A stretch of DNA of 39,269 nucleotides from positions 1 through 39,269 of IMG/VR virus record IMGVR_UViG_3300010362_000050. One strand, given 5' to 3'. Positions 36,201 to 39,269 of the stretch are shown here, in pieces. Every line of letters begins with the position of its first letter. Positions within the stretch are counted from its first letter, which is position 1. The notes beneath the pieces are model-generated. The model was not told the origin of the DNA. It saw only the letters and a program-made list of their open reading frames with translations, and did not search any database. Made by a program: the position numbers and the translations under genes. Source of the DNA: a virus. Taxonomy: Duplodnaviria; Caudoviricetes.

Positions 36201-36571
36201 TCGACGAGGAAATCCTGACGGAGTCGGGAGTTCAGCTGGATCAGCTCGTAGACCGGCGGCTCTTCCTTGCCGTCCCACGTCAGGTTGCGGATGTCGTCGA
36301 TGATCGCTTCGCGCAGCGATTCGTCCAGCGACTTGAGAAAGCCGCCGATTCGCACCGAGGGGATCACCTCGGTCTCCTCCTGCAGGAGCTTGACCTCGCA
36401 GTCGAGGTACCGGCTGACCAGCGCCTGCTCCGCGGTCCGCGGCGGAAACTGCGCCCGCGCGACGTCGAAGGTCTTCGTCAGCGCGCAGTTCCACCGCACG
36501 GGATCCGTCGGCGGAGCGGCGGCGGAGCCGATCCGGACGACAGGCAGCGGACGTACAGCGGCCTGGGCCAT
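33269..36571 (-). CDS. AAA+ ATPase / HK97-type prohead protease / major capsid protein fusion (1100 aa)
   Basis: Walker A GPPGTGKT (aa 233), Walker B ILFIEDVD, TTN, RPGRF; protease from about aa 452 (FSGIATT, LLYHD, VSIGF, ELSLVTIPAN); capsid from M641 (YWVGEGAPKP, SDELVRFSSPS). Confidence 0.88.
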   Translation of the reverse strand: MAQAAVRPLPVVRIGSAAAPPTDPVRWNCALTKTFDVARAQFPPRTAEQALVSRYLDCEVKLLQEETEVIPSVRIGGFLKSLDESLREAIIDDIRNLTWDGKEEPPVYELIQLNSRLRQDFLVDGIRFFQWKGTKLALRVQPAWYGLDVTTYAKRDERGVAHQLLDEVLTRAAGLKLLQGEAFALSGQFLTRSEESWDDLFLEPANEKAIRRVVTLINEKGATLENRGMLLVGPPGTGKTLSGRLMMNAAKGTFIWVSARDFHRAGAFGGLAYAFSLAKEYAPSILFIEDVDNWLDGYSVDLLKTEMDGIAQSTGVVTVLTTNYPELLPKALIDRPGRFHDVLKFDLPDPVARGKMLQRWLPSLPATDRKTAVDATDGYSGAHVRELARFATIIQEQEGLTVSAALTQALAKLAEQRALITAVQTHGSRYRMAENLQVKMVRRTIPARTEYRAYSVLKIKEIDSTNRNGGLTFSGIATTPEVDRVGDEIVTSGIQFENPVSLLLYHDTQKPIGQVTFTRATAEGLPFSAVIPDPTPFRSTNLRERVNEAIDSVIAKLVRAVSIGFRPLNEAVEVIRETGGFRFLETELLELSLVTIPANADATIATIKSFDRGRPAASGTGRWVVVVKPGPTGADRSRSPMFNIQERIKSFEASRQAKAARMTAIMEAAGDATLDPAQSEEYDSLDREVKSLDEHLVRLTQAETINKANARPALGTTANEASVSRGAHHTITVSKPLEPGIEFARYAMCLLSAKGFAPQALEIARTRFPDMPRIETVLKAAIAAGTTTDPTWAGSLVDYQNFTGDFIQFLRPATIIGRIDGLQKVPFNIRVIGQTSGGQGYWVGEGAPKPLTKFDFTPTELGFAKVANIAVLSDELVRFSSPSAETLVRNALAAAIIERMDKDFIDPAKAAVTKVSPASITNGITPVAHSGTDAAAVRVALAALIGQFVENDNPPDNAVFIMPSTTALALSLMVNAFGQPEFAGLTMKGGTLLGIPVVASQYASLGGSPVRNIVILANASDIYLADDGQVVIDASREASLQMLDNPTNSGAAGSPAAPVATTMVSLWQANLLGLRAERFVNWARRRPEAVAWLDNVAWAA

Positions 36572-36577
36572 GGCAGC

Positions 36578-36712
36578 CTAGTCGCTCTTCGGCGGCGGCG
36601 CGGTCGTCCCGGGCTGTGACGTCGGCGGCTCAGAGGCCGGCGGCGTCGAACTGGGCGTATTGGGATTGGGATTGCTCGTCGGCGGCGCCGGCGGCTTCGC
36701 GGTGTCGGTCAT
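36578..36712 (-). CDS. Putative 44-aa Pro/Ser/Thr-rich peptide
   Basis: MTDTAKPPAPPTSNPNPNTPSSTPPASEPPTSQPGTTAPPPKSD; fills the gap before the capsid fusion. Confidence 0.45.
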   Translation of the reverse strand: MTDTAKPPAPPTSNPNPNTPSSTPPASEPPTSQPGTTAPPPKSD

Positions 36713-36733
36713 GCCCCACAGCATAGGGGCATG
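36710..36733 (-). promoter_or_regulatory. Inverted repeat enclosing a -10-like box (candidate head-gene promoter/operator)
   Basis: CATGCCCC-8-GGGGCATG; minus-strand loop contains TATGCT, 7 nt before ATG 36712. Confidence 0.4.
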
Positions 36734-36739
36734 CCGGAA

Positions 36740-36985
36740 TTACGTAGTACGAAAGCCGTGGACGTCGCTGAGCTCTTTGACCACTTCGTCAGCGGCCGCG
36801 ACGCAGACATCCCGGACGAATTGCGTCAGGCTCTGACCGCTCAGTTCCGCCGCCTGGATGACGCGCGACCGTTCGTCAGGTGACAACCGCACGGTGACCG
36901 TGAGCGATGGCGCTTCGGCGCGCGCGGGCCGGCCGCGATGGGGACCGAAGATCTGCATCGAGGGAGCGTCGGTGAAGTCGCTCAT
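36740..36985 (-). CDS. Ribbon-helix-helix regulator (DUF1778-like) with RGRP motif
   Basis: RGRP, VTVRLSPDER..VIQAAELSGQSLTQFVRD; ATGA overlap with terL. Confidence 0.75.
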   Translation of the reverse strand: MSDFTDAPSMQIFGPHRGRPARAEAPSLTVTVRLSPDERSRVIQAAELSGQSLTQFVRDVCVAAADEVVKELSDVHGFRTT

Positions 36986-38613
36986 GATCGTCCTCCGAGT
37001 ATCACCATTTGAAACTGCTTCTCTCGCAGCGCGCCGGCAGCGATCGCGTCGGTCCGGGCTTCCCAACTCAGCACGGCCGCCATGGTGAGATCGATCTTGT
37101 GCGGGGAATCCGGCCGCTCTTTGCGAATCACCCAGAGTCGTTTGCCGTCCTCATCCCGCTGCAGCAGCTCGTGCTTCCGCGCGTTGCCGATGTGCCCGGT
37201 CAGCCGCGCATCGCCGGAATGATGGATCGTCCCTTCCTTCATCGCGGTGTCGAAGTTCTCGAGCGCCGTGGCCATCGGCTTGTTTCGATTCGTCCACCAC
37301 TCGATGACACGCTTCTCGCTGTCGGGACGATCGGCATCGAGCTCACCCGCCCACTTCGCGATCCATTCCTGCCAGTACGGCGGATCGGCGTAGAGGCGCC
37401 AGACGTGGTAGCGCTCGAAGCATTCGTGGATCCGCGCATCGACCTCCAGCGGTGGGACTTGCCAATTCGGCGGCGGCGGGTACGGACATTCCCACGCATC
37501 GATCACCCACTGATAGCCGTCCTCGACGTCCGTCGCGACGAGCGCGGAGCCATCATGAAACTTCGAGCCATCGAAACCGAGTGTGATGAGCCGACCCTCG
37601 GCGACGGGCTGATGGCGCGCGAGGCTCTTCCAGCGCACGACTGAGAACGCCTGCGTCGAGCTCCGCACGAGGCGATTGCACCAGACACGCTCCCAGTAGG
37701 CGCGGTCCGTCGTCGGATCGAGCCAGAGATTGACGATGGCATCGATGTCGCGCCAGCTGGCGGAGGGCCCGGACGCTTCGATCACCGCGGCGCGCGCGCC
37801 CTCGACCGTGGTCAGATCGTGGGCGTCGCCCGCCTGCCGATGAAAGAAAAACAGCGCCGCATCCTGGACGCGGCCCTCGTCGACCATCTGCGCGTACTCC
37901 ATCGTCGCTTCGGCGACCGAGCCCGCGCCGGGTTCCGGGGCCGTCGTGATCTCGAGCATCCAGGGATCGGCGATCTTCCGCTTCGCGAGATTCGCGAGCA
38001 TCGTCTGGTGGGCCTGCTTCAACCGGGCTGACGTCCACCAATGCGTTTCATCACCAACGGCAAACGTCGTCCGCGCGCCATCGCGTGCGCTCGGACTCGA
38101 CGACAACGACACGGCTTTCCCGTCGCCTTTCTTGCGCACGATGCGCTCGAGCCCTATGTCGAAATCGTCCTTCAGTGGCCCCTTCTCCAGCACGATCCGG
38201 AGCGCCTCGTACGCGAGCTCGCTCGATTGCGCCTCGGTATACGCGACCATCGGGATGTAAGGATCGGTGACCGGCCCGCCGATCGGCTCTCCGCTGTCCG
38301 TGAAGCCCGTGCAGCGCACCGGGGCGTCGGGATGCAGCTCGCACGCGGCGATCCAGGCCGAGAGCTCCGTTTTCCCGACCCCCTTCGTCAGCGAGAGCCC
38401 GGCGCGCTTGAAGCGGCGCCTGCCCTGGAGCCGATGGCCGCGCGGGAAGACTTCGTACATTCGGTAGATGAGGGCGACCTTCTCCTCATCGAGGCGGACG
38501 GGCAACCCGCGGAGATCGCCGGGGCCGTAGACCATGTTCTGTTCGATGAAGTCGCAGACCTGGGGACCCAAGGTCGGATACCACGCGGTGTCGTGCGGGA
38601 CCGTGAGGATCAT
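36982..38613 (-). CDS. terL: Terminase large subunit
   Basis: Walker A TKGVGKTE, Walker B AVGDETH, ITTA, LGFDGS, DPPYW, KIDL.MA. Confidence 0.95.
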   Translation of the reverse strand: MILTVPHDTAWYPTLGPQVCDFIEQNMVYGPGDLRGLPVRLDEEKVALIYRMYEVFPRGHRLQGRRRFKRAGLSLTKGVGKTELSAWIAACELHPDAPVRCTGFTDSGEPIGGPVTDPYIPMVAYTEAQSSELAYEALRIVLEKGPLKDDFDIGLERIVRKKGDGKAVSLSSSPSARDGARTTFAVGDETHWWTSARLKQAHQTMLANLAKRKIADPWMLEITTAPEPGAGSVAEATMEYAQMVDEGRVQDAALFFFHRQAGDAHDLTTVEGARAAVIEASGPSASWRDIDAIVNLWLDPTTDRAYWERVWCNRLVRSSTQAFSVVRWKSLARHQPVAEGRLITLGFDGSKFHDGSALVATDVEDGYQWVIDAWECPYPPPPNWQVPPLEVDARIHECFERYHVWRLYADPPYWQEWIAKWAGELDADRPDSEKRVIEWWTNRNKPMATALENFDTAMKEGTIHHSGDARLTGHIGNARKHELLQRDEDGKRLWVIRKERPDSPHKIDLTMAAVLSWEARTDAIAAGALREKQFQMVILGGRS

Positions 38614-38617
38614 CGCC

Positions 38618-39118
38618 TCAGTTCACCAGGAGCTTCGCCCGCGGGTCTTCGCGCGGCTGGCGTGGAGCTTCAGCAGCGGGCACCGACGGCGGTGGCGCCG
38701 GCGCGATCGGCTCCTCCTCGGGCGGCTGCCGCGTCACGAGCGCGAGTTGCTTGACGATCGCCTGGAAGCGCCCCATCGCGGTCAGCCGCACGCGCAGCGG
38801 CGTCTTGCGATCGTGCGCCGACGTCAGCGCGGCGACGCCGAGCGTGACGAGCTGCTCGTCCGTCGCGTCCAGCGAATAATCGGCACGCACTCGCGACGCC
38901 CAGCCGTTGGGGGTCAAACGGGTCACCGACCTGGTGGTCTTCCTATCTCGACGTGGCCGTGACGTGGCCGGCTTCGGCACCTTACCCGCGGCGATCCACC
39001 GCGTGATCGTCGACTTCGCTACGCCCAACCGTTTCGCGATCACGCGCGGGGTGAGTCCGAGTTCGGCGAGCCGCGCCGCCTCCTGTGCGACGAAGATCCA
39101 TTTGCGAGTGCGTGTCAT
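38618..39118 (-). CDS. terS: Terminase small subunit with N-terminal HTH
   Basis: GLTPRVIAKRLGVAKSTITRW; directly upstream of terL; FQAIVKQLAL...DPR end. Confidence 0.7.
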   Translation of the reverse strand: MTRTRKWIFVAQEAARLAELGLTPRVIAKRLGVAKSTITRWIAAGKVPKPATSRPRRDRKTTRSVTRLTPNGWASRVRADYSLDATDEQLVTLGVAALTSAHDRKTPLRVRLTAMGRFQAIVKQLALVTRQPPEEEPIAPAPPPSVPAAEAPRQPREDPRAKLLVN

Positions 39119-39269
39119 GGTCTGAACCCCTGTATACCCAAGTCCCCGATCAGCAACGCCGCCGGCCCTGCATACCAATTTCGAGGCCAGCGATCACGGA
39201 ATCGGCCCATCAGCGACGGAATCGTCCTCGCGTGAACGCACAAAACTGGTGCAGACACAAAAATCTGCA

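Noticed and set aside
31509-36571. Capsid-before-portal gene order as a novelty
   Set aside because: Terminase, protease-capsid, small gene, portal order is known in other phages with fused protease-capsid genes; only the AAA+ addition is unusual.
39119-39269. cos/pac site upstream of terS
   Set aside because: The position is plausible but no diagnostic sequence is identifiable and the window ends here.

Overview
The whole window is about 39 kb of a high-GC temperate siphovirus. Phage genes lie on both sides of a single att core made of the 3' part of an initiator tRNA-Met, which points to the unintegrated (attP) form. Left to right: a leftward early operon of small ORFs with xis-like and cro-like genes; a divergent repressor operon ending in a tyrosine integrase; attP with four arm repeats and an embedded parS-consensus palindrome; a + strand moron block (frameshifted secreted protein, DUF433/PIN toxin-antitoxin pair, RHH + 2-TM pair); and a long - strand late operon. 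The late operon runs terS, terL, RHH regulator, an 1100-aa AAA+ ATPase/prohead protease/major capsid fusion, portal, collagen-like protein, four glycosyl/methyl-transferase-like genes, neck and tail genes with a -1 frameshift chaperone, tape measure, a 1784-aa modular tail-tip protein plus a paralogous second receptor-binding protein, holin-like gene, intein-split lytic transglycosylase, two glycan-active-looking proteins and a lipoprotein. The most unusual items are the AAA+-protease-capsid fusion, a pseudoknot/switch element after the capsid stop that is in frame with the next gene, parS inside attP, the intein in the endolysin, and the transferase cluster inside the head module. The host is inferred, not shown, to be Acidobacteriota-like. 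All family calls come from motif recognition by eye; no database searches were run.
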